Both the position numbers and the translations under genes were made by a program. Of a stretch of 64,000 nt of DNA, positions 8,145 through 19,826 are shown in pieces. Position 1 is the stretch's first letter, and every line of letters starts with the position of its first letter. The stretch is from Piromyces finnis finn. Taxonomy: Eukaryota; Fungi; Neocallimastigomycota. The notes under the pieces were generated by a model. It worked only from the letters and a program-made list of their open reading frames with translations, ran no database searches and had not been told where the DNA came from. The stretch covers positions 248,001 through 312,000 of the forward strand of contig MCFH01000053.1 of NCBI GenBank assembly GCA_002104945.1. The letters are read 5' to 3'.

Positions 8145-11100
8145 ATGTCAAAAAGAAAATCTAACGGAGATACTGGATCAATTCCTATATTCGATCCTAC
8201 CGTTATGCTAGGAAAGGTCACTTATGAATTGAACAATAAAAATTTCATAACGTGGCAAATGTTTATGAGGAATATTTTAAATTATTATGGTCTTGAAGAT
8301 TGGGTTGATGAAAACAAAACCCCAAAGATCAAAAGTGACGAAGGAATGGATATCGACGGAGAAGAATATCTAAAGGCACCTTTTGAAATCAATACCTACT
8401 ATGATAAGAACGTAACCGAAGATGACTTAAAAACAGATAGGAATATCCAATTTTTAATTAGGTATACTTTAGGCCCAAACTGCCAACAAGATATCCAAGA
8501 TAGGTCTTTAACAAGCTACGAAATGTGGAAACTATTAGAAGACATTTATTTAGGGGATAAAATAGAAAGAAAGAATAGGCTTATTAAGGAAACAAACTCC
8601 TTAAAATACGACCCGAAAGAAAGTTTCTCAAGATTTGTAAATAAGTTAAATTCCAACTTTAATAAGTTAGAACAACTAAATGTGAAAATAGATGATGAAG
8701 AAAAAATTGGTTTACTGTATCAAGCCTTACCAGAAAAATATAGGAAAGTCACAGTCCTTAAGCATGAAGACTGGGAAGAATGCAAAAAGGACACAGCAAG
8801 AATGATAGATAAGATGAACAAATTTGATCCGAAAGAGAAATCTGAAACCTTCGGAATTAGACATATCTTTAGTGTTGAAGGTAGTTACAAAGGTGATAAA
8901 AGAAAGGAAAGTACTAAATACTACCGCAACAAACAAAGTAATAATCATAATAAAAATACAAATAAAGGAAAAGAAAAGTCCAATGAAGAAAGAAATTGGA
9001 ATAACAAAAATAAACAAAACATTACATGTTATTTTTGTCATCAAAAAGGACATACTGTAAAACAATGTCGTATTCAAAAAGAACTTTCAGAAGAAGTTAC
9101 AAGAAGGCTAAGAAAAGAGAAAAATAAAGGCAAGGAAGCATTTTTAGCAACAGGTGAAATAGTAAATAAACAAACCACTGAAGACTTTGAACCAGAAGTT
9201 GGATATCAAGATTTGTTTACAGTTGATTACAATACATTATTTGACAATAACAATGATGAATGTAATAATAAATCATGCAATTACGTATCTTGTGAAAATG
9301 TACCTACAAGTTTTACTACATGGACTTTAGATTCTGGTGCTTCTAATCATATTACCAAAGATATAGGAATTCTCAAAAATGTTTTTGAACATGTAGAACC
9401 AATCAATTATGCAAATGGAGCGACTACAAAGTCAACACATATGGGTGAAGTAAATGGATCTATTAATGAAGAACCAATAAAATTAGAAGATGTAATGTAC
9501 ATCCCAGATGTAAAACGAAATTTAATTTCTGTTGCCAAGTTAGTTAAAAGTGGCTACCAAATAATCTTTGATGAGAAGAACAATAATGTATTTGCATATA
9601 TAAAAGATAAGAAAACAGATAATGTATACGAAGTTAAAGCAAATGAATATGATGTATTCAATTTGTACATCAAAGAAGGTAATGTAGTTAATAATTACTC
9701 AATGTGCGATAATGTACGAAACAATGGTGAATACTGGCATAGAAGAATAGGGCATCTGAATTTCAACAATAATGATGAAAAGAACAATATTCACAATTGT
9801 ACAATATGCATGAGAAGCAAAATGAAAGAAATCCCTCATAAAAGGTCAGATAGTAGAGCATCAAGTGTTTTGGAACTAGTACACATCGATTTGGTAGGTC
9901 CAATCACACCATCAATTCATGACAACGTATACTTTTTAAGTATCTTAGATGATTACAGTCGATATGGATGGGTAATATTTGTCAAGAATAAAAGTGATGT
10001 TTTCAAAGAATTTGGAAATTGGCTGAATAAAACTACTAATGAATTATCATCCAAAGTAAAATATCTTAGAAGCGATAATGGAACTGAATTCACTTCTAAT
10101 AACTTCAAGGAGTTATGTAACGAATATGGAATAACTCAACAATTCACCGTCCCTGGAAATCCGGAGCAGAATGGAAGAGCAGAAAGATTCAATGGAAAGT
10201 TAATAAAAACTGCTACTGCAATGTTAATGGACGCAAGGTTATGTCGTCGCTTTTGGGAAGATGCTGTGAAAACAGCGAACTATGTTCATAATCGAGTTCC
10301 GCACAGTGGAATTAATGGTGAAATACCATTTGAATTAATGTACAACAGAAAAGTTGATTATAAAAATTTAAGAGTATTTGGATGTAAAGTGTATTATTTA
10401 GATGACAGTAACATTCCAAAATTTCAAGACAAAACTAAGGAGGGAATCTTTATCGGATATGATGAATCTTCAGTAGGATACAGAATATTCGACATAAAAT
10501 CAAGGAAAATTAAAGTGAAAAGAGTCGTAGGTTTTTTAGAAGAAGAACCTGGTGACTACAATTATAATTTAGAAAAAGAAAATAATAATGAAACATATAG
10601 TCAAGATACAGAAACTTTTCAAGTAAGGAACTTTAATTATATGTATGATAAAGAAAATGAAAACAATAACAATAAAGACAAAAAAGAAAAGGACATTTCA
10701 AATGAAAATGATAAATTAATGAATGAAAACCTAGAAACACTCAATGATAAAACTAGTAATAAAGAAGACTTAAAAGAAGTAAATTATGAAGAAAAATTTA
10801 GAAATATAGAAGAAAAGCTGGATAAGCTCACGTCACTATTAAATAAAGAAAAAAATAATAGTTCTGAAAGTTTTATGCAAGTCTGCGAGGACACTAATGA
10901 TAGTAATATGAATATAGAAGACTCAGAAGAAGAAGACTTAAATCTCTTAGACTATATTAAACTAAAAGAAAAGAAAAAAGAACGTTTGAACAAAAATAAT
11001 TACCAGAAAATTGAAGAAATGGAAGAAAATAAAGAAATTAAAATAAGTACTTCAATGGAATCTGTAAGTGAAACCAATAAAGAAAAAGAAAACAATAATG

Positions 11101-13598
11101 ACATTTCAGGAAGTAACGACGGCAATATAAATAACTTTACCTTGGAAGAAAATAATTTAAAATATAATAATTTAAAATATAATAGTGCTGACGAAACTGA
11201 AATTTGTGAAATTAAAGAAGTGAATATAAAGAGAAATGACGACAAGAAAAATAAAAATATAAACAGTAAAGACAATTCAAATATATCAAAGGATAATAAA
11301 AGGAATAATAAATACCTGAATGCAAAAGGAAATGTTTATTTTATAGAAGAAAATTCAGACATTGTAAATAAAAATGAATTAATTGAAGAAGTATTAAAAA
11401 CACCATCAGAAATGGAGATAAATGATTTAACTGGAGAAATTGACAATAATGATTTTTTAAATATCCTGAGTCCTGACATTGATTTAGGAACAAGAAAGAA
11501 AATTGATTTTGAAAATATTGAGAGTGTCAAAAATAATATAAATAAAAATAATAGAAAAGAAATAGAAAATAATTATTCAAATGTAAAAGTAAATTATAAG
11601 AATGAAGAATATTATAAGAAAAATTACATACCTATTAATGAGAATGAAATAAGAAGAAATTTGAATAAAGAAAATATCAATATTCCTGAAGAAAAGTCCA
11701 AATTTAAAAATATTTCTGATGAAAAAGAAAGTAATTTAAATAATCAAAATAAAAAGGAATATAATTTGAGAAATTTAAAAAATAAAAATGAAATTAAAGA
11801 TCCAATCAATAAAGATAAATCTAAGAAAAAATTTTTTGATAAGAAAAAGTTATTATCAAAACAAAATTTTTTGAATAAGAGAAATCTAAATAGAAAATTA
11901 AAATCCAATAAAAATTTTAAATTAAATGAAAATCATCCACCAAAGGAAGAAAAATTCCCAAGAAAGCGGAAACTTGTTCCAAGTGAAGATGTCATAGAAG
12001 AAAAATTTAGTAAGCCACATGAACATGAACCAGAAAAGAAGAAAATTAAGGAAGTGGCGCTAACTATAGCACAAATCAAGGAGCCAAATTCCTATAATGA
12101 TATATTTAAAAGAAAAGATAAGGATAAGTGGATAAAAGCAATAGAAGCCGAATTGCTAAATATGAAAGAAAGAAAAGTGTTCAAAAGAATAGATGAAGTT
12201 CCAGAAGACGCCAATATTATTGATTCAAGATGGGTATTTAAGATAAAAAGGAATAGCACTGGTGAGATAGAAAAATACAAAGCTAGACTTGTAGCCAGAG
12301 GTTTTACACAAGAATATGGAGAAGACTACAATGAGACCTTTTCTCCTACTCTAAAACAAGACTCATTAAGAATCCTAATAGGAATAGCTGCAATTAATAA
12401 CTATAAAATCCATCAATTAGATGTTAAGGCCGCATATTTGTATGCAGATTTAAAGGAAGATATATATATGAAAGCACCTGAAGGAGATAAAATGTATAAA
12501 AAAGGATTATGGAAATTAAATAAAGCATTATATGGCTTAAAACAAGCAGCAAGAGAATGGAATAACAACATCAGCAATACTCTCATTGAACTAGGATTTC
12601 AGAAATTAGTTAGCGAACCATGCATATTTATAAAGACCAAAAACAATAAATTAGTATGTTTAGTTGGAATATATGTTGATGACATCCTAATAACTGGTAA
12701 AAAGGAAGAAATAGATAAAACTATTAAATTAATTAAAGAGAAATATGTTATCACGGATGTTGGTGATGCAAATTTCATCATAGGAATCAAAGTAGAAACG
12801 TTAAAAGATGGGTATTTGTTACATCAAGAAAGGTATTTAAAGGATATATTACACAAATTTGGTTTAGAAAACTGCAGAGGATCAAAGACAACTACACCAA
12901 TCAAGAATGATGAACAACTCAATCAGCCTTTTGACCCTACTACTTATAGAGCTGCAATAGGAAGTCTTTTATATTTAGCCATAGGTACTCGTCCAGATAT
13001 CTTATTTTCAGTAACCAAAGCATCTAGGTTCTCACAAAATCCTACTATCCAAAATTGGAAGAATGTATTACAAATATTCAAATATCTGAAAGAAAATCCT
13101 CATTATGGAATCCGTTTTGAAAGAAACTTAAATTTGAAGATTTTTGTAGATTCAGACTATGGGGGAGATGAAGAAACAAGAAAATCTACCACTGGATTTG
13201 TATTTTTATTGGGAAATGGACCAACAAGCTGGTACTCAAAACTGCAAAAATGTGTATCAACTTCAACCGCCGAAGCAGAATATTATGGACTTTGTGAATG
13301 CTCAAAGCAAGCTCTGTGGTATAGAAATATTTTTAGTGAATTAAAAATAAAGGAAGAATGCTTAAAAATCAATATTGATAATCAAGCAACTATTTACAAC
13401 GCAAATAATGAAACGATTAATCCAAAGTCAAAACATATTGATATTAAGTACCATAAAGTAAGAGAATTAATTAAAGAAAATAAAATCAGTCTAGAATATA
13501 TAAAATCAGAAGAAAATTTAGCAGATGGTTTTACTAAATACTTGAATAAAAATAAAATGAAAATATTTAGAGATAGTTTATTATATAAATACAAATAA
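8145..13598 (+). CDS. Copia Gag-Pol polyprotein, uninterrupted, 1817 aa from the first ATG
   Basis: Zinc knuckle CYFCHQKGHTVKQC. Protease WTLDSGASNH. Integrase HRRIGH...CTIC, HIDLVGP, RSDNGTEF, QNGRAER. RT KARLVARGF and YVDD. RNase H FVDSDYG, TAEAEY, KSKHIDIKYH, ENLADGFTK. The ORF track starts at a TTG (8112); the first in-frame ATG is at 8145. Confidence 0.97.
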   Translation: MSKRKSNGDTGSIPIFDPTVMLGKVTYELNNKNFITWQMFMRNILNYYGLEDWVDENKTPKIKSDEGMDIDGEEYLKAPFEINTYYDKNVTEDDLKTDRNIQFLIRYTLGPNCQQDIQDRSLTSYEMWKLLEDIYLGDKIERKNRLIKETNSLKYDPKESFSRFVNKLNSNFNKLEQLNVKIDDEEKIGLLYQALPEKYRKVTVLKHEDWEECKKDTARMIDKMNKFDPKEKSETFGIRHIFSVEGSYKGDKRKESTKYYRNKQSNNHNKNTNKGKEKSNEERNWNNKNKQNITCYFCHQKGHTVKQCRIQKELSEEVTRRLRKEKNKGKEAFLATGEIVNKQTTEDFEPEVGYQDLFTVDYNTLFDNNNDECNNKSCNYVSCENVPTSFTTWTLDSGASNHITKDIGILKNVFEHVEPINYANGATTKSTHMGEVNGSINEEPIKLEDVMYIPDVKRNLISVAKLVKSGYQIIFDEKNNNVFAYIKDKKTDNVYEVKANEYDVFNLYIKEGNVVNNYSMCDNVRNNGEYWHRRIGHLNFNNNDEKNNIHNCTICMRSKMKEIPHKRSDSRASSVLELVHIDLVGPITPSIHDNVYFLSILDDYSRYGWVIFVKNKSDVFKEFGNWLNKTTNELSSKVKYLRSDNGTEFTSNNFKELCNEYGITQQFTVPGNPEQNGRAERFNGKLIKTATAMLMDARLCRRFWEDAVKTANYVHNRVPHSGINGEIPFELMYNRKVDYKNLRVFGCKVYYLDDSNIPKFQDKTKEGIFIGYDESSVGYRIFDIKSRKIKVKRVVGFLEEEPGDYNYNLEKENNNETYSQDTETFQVRNFNYMYDKENENNNNKDKKEKDISNENDKLMNENLETLNDKTSNKEDLKEVNYEEKFRNIEEKLDKLTSLLNKEKNNSSESFMQVCEDTNDSNMNIEDSEEEDLNLLDYIKLKEKKKERLNKNNYQKIEEMEENKEIKISTSMESVSETNKEKENNNDISGSNDGNINNFTLEENNLKYNNLKYNSADETEICEIKEVNIKRNDDKKNKNINSKDNSNISKDNKRNNKYLNAKGNVYFIEENSDIVNKNELIEEVLKTPSEMEINDLTGEIDNNDFLNILSPDIDLGTRKKIDFENIESVKNNINKNNRKEIENNYSNVKVNYKNEEYYKKNYIPINENEIRRNLNKENINIPEEKSKFKNISDEKESNLNNQNKKEYNLRNLKNKNEIKDPINKDKSKKKFFDKKKLLSKQNFLNKRNLNRKLKSNKNFKLNENHPPKEEKFPRKRKLVPSEDVIEEKFSKPHEHEPEKKKIKEVALTIAQIKEPNSYNDIFKRKDKDKWIKAIEAELLNMKERKVFKRIDEVPEDANIIDSRWVFKIKRNSTGEIEKYKARLVARGFTQEYGEDYNETFSPTLKQDSLRILIGIAAINNYKIHQLDVKAAYLYADLKEDIYMKAPEGDKMYKKGLWKLNKALYGLKQAAREWNNNISNTLIELGFQKLVSEPCIFIKTKNNKLVCLVGIYVDDILITGKKEEIDKTIKLIKEKYVITDVGDANFIIGIKVETLKDGYLLHQERYLKDILHKFGLENCRGSKTTTPIKNDEQLNQPFDPTTYRAAIGSLLYLAIGTRPDILFSVTKASRFSQNPTIQNWKNVLQIFKYLKENPHYGIRFERNLNLKIFVDSDYGGDEETRKSTTGFVFLLGNGPTSWYSKLQKCVSTSTAEAEYYGLCECSKQALWYRNIFSELKIKEECLKINIDNQATIYNANNETINPKSKHIDIKYHKVRELIKENKISLEYIKSEENLADGFTKYLNKNKMKIFRDSLLYKYK

Positions 13599-13620
13599 TG
13601 AATTTATAACTTTGGGGGAG

Positions 13621-13855
13621 TGTGAAAATAAAATACATTCCAAAATAATATTTTATGTATTTTTTATGTATTTGTATTTTATAAAATTATAAATTAATAT
13701 TGTACTACATTTTTATTCTTTGGTTATTTTTTAATAAAAAGATTTTAAGAAAGTTACAATATTTATATTATAAAATAAATATAAATAAATAAAAGATTAT
13801 AAAAACCCAAATAGTTTTATAAATAAATTTAAGTGTAAACTAAATTTATCTGACA
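13621..13855 (+). repeat. Copia 3' LTR (235 bp)
   Basis: TG...CA termini, preceded by the polypurine tract and followed by TSD GATCA. Confidence 0.97.
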
Positions 13856-14818
13856 GATCACCATGTTAAATAATAATTAAATTAAAATTATTTGTTTTTT
13901 CTATTTTAGTTTGACATTTTAATATGAAAAAAAAAAAAGGGAAAGAAAGATTAGAAAATGATTGTGGATCATTTGTTTATTAAATTGGAGTTTATTTTAA
14001 AGGCTTAATTAACAATAATAAATTTTATTTTTATTTTATGTCTATTGTAATTATTAAAAAGTAAAAAAAAAAAAAGATGGCACCCATTCATACCATGATG
14101 ATCAATAGCATTAATTTTTTTTGTTTAGTATAATTGTTAATATTCAATTATACTAAAGTAACCACACTATCAACACTATTCATTATTAAATCACAACATT
14201 TTATTATTCAACATTCTATTAAAAAAAAAAATGGAAATATGAATGAAAAGGGAGAAATAAATAATATATATATATTTTTTTTTTAATTAATATTTTTAAA
14301 AGATTTCATCTACGTTTATCGAATTCAATTCACCATTATCATCATTGTCATGGTCACTTTTTATAAATATAACGTTAATACCAAAAATAAATTAGATATT
14401 CTATTATTATTATTCTCTAGGTATTTTATTTAATATGAATAGGACTATATTATATATCTATAATACTATTATTAATACTATTTAATGTATACAATATTGA
14501 TGATAATGTAAATCAATTTTTTTTTTGTATTATATCTTAATGATTAGAGTATCAAATAAAAAAAAAAAAATTTCCTTATATTACGATGTAATTGATCAAT
14601 TTTATATATTGTTAATATACAATTATAATTAATTTCAATATATTATATTCCTATTTAAATTATACATTACTGATTTACATTTTTATCATATTTTTTAACT
14701 GAACTTGGTTATTATAAAAAAATTATATATAAAATTAAATTTTTTTTTTTTTTAATATTTTAATATAGATATAGTTTTTACAATTATTTTTCATATATAA
14801 ATATAAAAAAATATAAAA

Positions 14819-16696
14819 ATGGCTCCAAGTAATTTCAATTTAAAAGATGTTGTTAGACCAAATATTTGGGCTTTAGACCCATACAGATGTGCCCGTGATG
14901 ACTATTGGGAAGGTATTTTAATTGATGCTAATGAAAATGGTTTTGGTACTTGTATTAACCTTGATGATAGTGAAATTTCTTTACCAAAACCAAAACCAAA
15001 TGACAAAGATATGAATTCTGATACCCATATTGAAAGATACCCAGATCCACGTCAACTTGATTTCAAAACTTTATTTGCTAAATTCCGTGGTCTTTCTTCA
15101 CCAAATGGTATGTTTGTTGGTGTTGGTAGTGATGAAAGTATCGATATTATTATGAGAGTTTTTGGTGTTCCAGGAAAGGATAAGATTTTAGTCACACCAC
15201 CAACCTATGGTATGTACTCTGTTTGTGCTGCCACTAACGATCTTGGTGTTGTCAAGGTTCCATTATTACTTCCAAATTTCCAACTTGATGTTCCAAAGGT
15301 ATTGTATTTTTTTTTTTTTATTTTTTGAAAGAAAAAACATGAAAACATGAATAGAGTTTATTATAAACATTAAATTTATTAGAACTATTATTTTTTTTTT
15401 CTTTTAAAAAAATTATAAATTAAAATATATGAAATTTTAAATTTAAAATTTATAAATTTCAAATCACATTTTTGGATTATTTTTATATTTATCTATTTAT
15501 TAAATTTATTATTTATTAATATAATATTTCATATGTATTCCTTTTTTTCTAATATAATAATATCAATTCATTTTTCTTTTTTTTTTAAAAAAAAAGGTTA
15601 AGGAAGCCCTTAAGAACGATCCATCTATTAAGCTTGTTCTTCTTTGCTCACCAGGTAATCCAACTGGTTCTTGCATTACTAAGAATGATATTCGTGAAAT
15701 TCTAGAATTTGAAGATTTCAAGGGTATCGTTGTTGTTGATGAAGCCTACATTGATTTCGTTGAAGAAAATGAAAGCAAGGGTAGTGTTGCTACTTGGGTT
15801 AATAAGTATCCAAACTTAATTGTTACTCAAACCTTATCAAAGAGTTTCGGTTTAGCTGGTATTAGGTAAATTTAATATTCATATTAAATATACATATTTT
15901 TTTTTATTCATAATAGCTTTTTTTTACAAGTAAATGAAAAAAAAAATAATTTTTAAAAAAAGTTAAATTACAATTTCTACGAACAATATATTATAACTTC
16001 TTTTTCATTTAAATAATGAATACAAAATAATAGAAAGCATATAAGATTGCAAAATATATATATATAATAATAAAATCAACTTATATTTCATTATTTAAAT
16101 AGATAAAAATAACATAAAAGAAAGAAAATATTTTTTTTTTCTTTAAAATATCCCTATTATTAAAAATTTTATAAAAAAAGAATAATTTTTATTGATATTA
16201 ATCGATTATACTGTTTATTATAATTACGGAAATTAATAGATGTGGTATTGCTATCACTTCTGATGAAATTGCTGCTATTATTAACAAGACTAAGGCTCCA
16301 TACAATGTTTCTACTCCAGCTTCTTTAATTGCCAGAAAAGCTCTTTCAGATGAAAGTATTGCTAAGATGAAGGAAAACATTGGAAAGATTATTGAAGAAC
16401 GTACTAAATTAATTAATACCTTCAAATCTCTTGATGGTGTTGGTGAAATTCTTGGTACTAATGATGGTAACTTTATCCTTGTTCAAGTTGTTAATAAGAA
16501 TGGTGTACCAAGTAGCAACCGTGCTAACAAGATTTACAAGGGTATGGCCAATAATGAAAAGGTTGTCGTCCGTTACCGTGGTAATGAATATGGCTGTCAA
16601 GGTGGTTTAAGAATTACCATTGGTAATGTTGAAGATAATGTTGTATTAGTTGAAAAATTCAAAAAGTTATTAAACGAAACTATTGATGAAGAATAA
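14819..16696 (+). CDS. HIS5: Histidinol-phosphate aminotransferase, 3 exons (14819-15298, 15597-15865, 16240-16696; 401 aa)
   Basis: Motifs LDANEN, RYPDP, GVGSDESID, PPTYGMYSVCA, CSPGNPTG, VVDEAYIDF and the PLP-lysine motif TLSKSFGLAGIR. Both GT-AG introns keep the reading frame. Confidence 0.95.
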
Positions 16697-16908
16697 ATTT
16701 ATTCGTAGATAAAAATATTTATACATTAATAAAATATTCACTAAGAATAATTTATATCCATTGTAGTCATATATAATTATCATAAAACGTACTCAAAATC
16801 TATATAATTATTTTTTTATCATTTTCAAAAGCAAATAATAAAAAAAAATAATAAATATATCTTATATATATATATTTTACATATAAATTGAAGAGGTCTT
16901 TTTTTTTA

Positions 16909-16940
<32 letters not shown>

Positions 16941-19363
16941 GATATATTTTGTATATGTATTCTAAAATATTAAAATAAAATAAAAAATATATATTTTTTT
17001 TAAAATTATTTTTTCTAATCTATTATAAATGCAAGGATTGATAATTGTTTTTTTATTTAATATATTTGTTTTTATATAAATTATTTTTAATTTTTAATGC
17101 AAGAATATATATTAATAATTATTTATAGTTTTTCAATTTTTATTATATATCTCTTTTTTTTTTTATACATATAAAAAATGGGACAATGGATGTGGTAGAA
17201 ATATGAGAATTCTTCGGTAAATTTATAAAAGTATATTTGATAGAATAGTATGATACATCTTTAGTTCTATTTTCTATTTTTTATTTTAAATAAGAATAGA
17301 GTATTAAAATATTATTAAGATATCGAAAAATAAAAAAGTTTTTCTTATTCACTTTTTATGAATATTTTTACTATACACAACTAACTATACACAAAATTAA
17401 ATTATTATATAATTGTTATTTTAGCGACTATAAAATTCTAAAATATTAACATTAATTAGGAAACACAAAAAAAATTGTTTATTTATTACATCCTATTTAA
17501 TATAAACTTTACATGATAATTAAACAAATTCGACACATTTTAATTTTAAAAAACAAAACATTTTTTTCTTTTTAATGCAAAAAAGGCCAAGATTTACATA
17601 TAAAACAAATATAATGGTTATATATATAATATATTATTATTTATTTTAAATCATTTTATTTTTTAATTTAAATATTTAAATAAATGATGATACATGTTAC
17701 ACAAGATTTTTTATTAAATCAAAAATTATATATATTATTATATTGTAGATTGTAGTAAATGGTGACCAATAAAAATAACCGAAACTCTACTATTTGTTTA
17801 TAATACGTTACACAAATGTTTAAAACACTAAATTTTTATTCGTTTTAAAAAAAATTTTCCATGAATAAAAAAAATAAATGCTTTTTATAGAAAAAGGAAT
17901 TTAGGTATAAAGTGGTTTTTTTTTTTATTTTATATATTATTTAATATGTATAAAAAAGTTTATATTATAGCAATGAAAAGAAGTTATATTCAAAAAGTAA
18001 AAACTGGTTAACAAATAACATTGCCATTAAGTATGTCAGTTATTTTAAAAAAAAAAACACTAGAAATTTTTTTTAATTATTTTCTTGAGAAATAAATATA
18101 AATTGTCTAGGCCTATAATCTTTTTTTTATTTATTATAAAAAAACTTTCCCCCTATAAAAAAAACTATAAAATATAAAATTTATTAGTTTACAATTTCTA
18201 TTAAAAAAAATTATGAATTTCATTAAAATTATAGGTATTTTATAGCACAATATAGAAATGAATAGTTTTATTTGTTTAATTTTCATTAATATTGAAATAG
18301 TAGAAACATTATTTTCTTTTTCTCTTCATAATCTTTTACTTTTCTACTATAGATTAAATAATTTATTCTAGCATATATGATTTATCATATTAATTTATTA
18401 CCTCCTTTTAAAAAAGAAAATAATATTGCTAAATTAATGAAAATTTGTTTGTTTGGTGTAAAAAAAAATAATTGAATAAGGATATATTTATTTAATAGAT
18501 GAATAATTCAATTTTTATACCAATAATGATTAAAAGTACTGATTATTCATTTTCTATCATCTCAATTAACTTAATACACTCTACAAAATTTAAATTATAA
18601 ATAATGGTTTATACCACTTTTCCCTTTTACTCTATTCTTTTATATAAATGTTTTAAATAATAATTTTATTTATTAATAAAAAAAAGGTTTAAAGTTATTT
18701 ATCTGTATAAAGAAAAAAAAAATTAAATTTTTTAATATATTTATATTAATAAAATTATATATTGATAAATATAAATGTCATACATGCAATTTATTTAAAT
18801 ATCAATATTTTATAATAAATAAAATTCATCTTATTTAATAAAAGAAATTAAATTTAATTAATTATTTAGGTTATACAAGGTGAATAATTCAGTAAAAAAA
18901 AAAAAGACATTTTGATGATTATAACAATGATACATAATAAAATAATATTACTTTTTTTTTTATATCAATATGTATTTCTATTAAAATAAATGAGTTCTTC
19001 TCGATATTATTTTATTAAAAAAAAGTTAAAAGTATCATTTTATACTTTTTTTAAACATATGATAACTATCATCATATTAATGTCTATGAACTTTTTAAAG
19101 GAAAAAGACTATTTTCTATTTACTAAATTAAAAAGTGTTGTCATGAATTATATTAAATTTCTAATTAAAGAATAACCAAAAAACAATATTTAAGAAATAT
19201 TAAAAAAAAAAAAGTTTTTATTTTCATGGTACTTTTGCTATATAAAAAATGGTATTTTAGTTATTTTTATTTTCTAAATTATTTTCAACAGTTTCTATAA
19301 ATATTTTATATATATTATTATTGTTTATATGGATTATTTATAGTTTATTTATTTAATATTTAA

Positions 19364-19473
<110 letters not shown>

Positions 19474-19826
19474 CTCATCCCATTAAAAAGAAAAAAGACC
19501 TTTATTAAAAAAAAAAAACTTTTGTTATTTTACTATACAATTTATTCATTTTTTTCTTTTCAATTAAAAAATTAAATTTTTTTTTTAAAAAAGAAATTAT
19601 TAATTAATTTATGATATTTGTTTTACATCCATAAAAGGAATGTAACACGGTTTAAGTTTAATTTCTTTTTGTCACCCTTGACATTTTGTTACATCGTTTA
19701 ATATATAGAAATGTGTTTCCTTTATAATTCTTTTTTTTTTAGAAAATTATATATAAACATCATTTATCTTCACTTTTTTTTTTTTATTATACAAAATTTT
19801 ATATATAAATAAATTTTATATACAAA

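Larger units (their letters stand above)
2121..13855 (+). mobile_element. Full-length Ty1/Copia LTR retrotransposon whose 5' LTR is interrupted by a LINE
   Basis: Termini TGT...ACA. 5-bp TSD GATCA at 2116-2120 and 13856-13860. 235-bp 3' LTR at 13621-13855 matches 2121-2185 joined to 7927-8096. PPT GGGGGAG at 13614-13620. Gag-PR-IN-RT-RH domain order in one ORF. Confidence 0.97.

Noticed and set aside
3662-13594. Short alternative-frame and antisense ORFs inside the LINE and Copia ORFs
   Set aside because: Shadows of long coding frames and low-complexity Asn/Lys tracts, with no domains.
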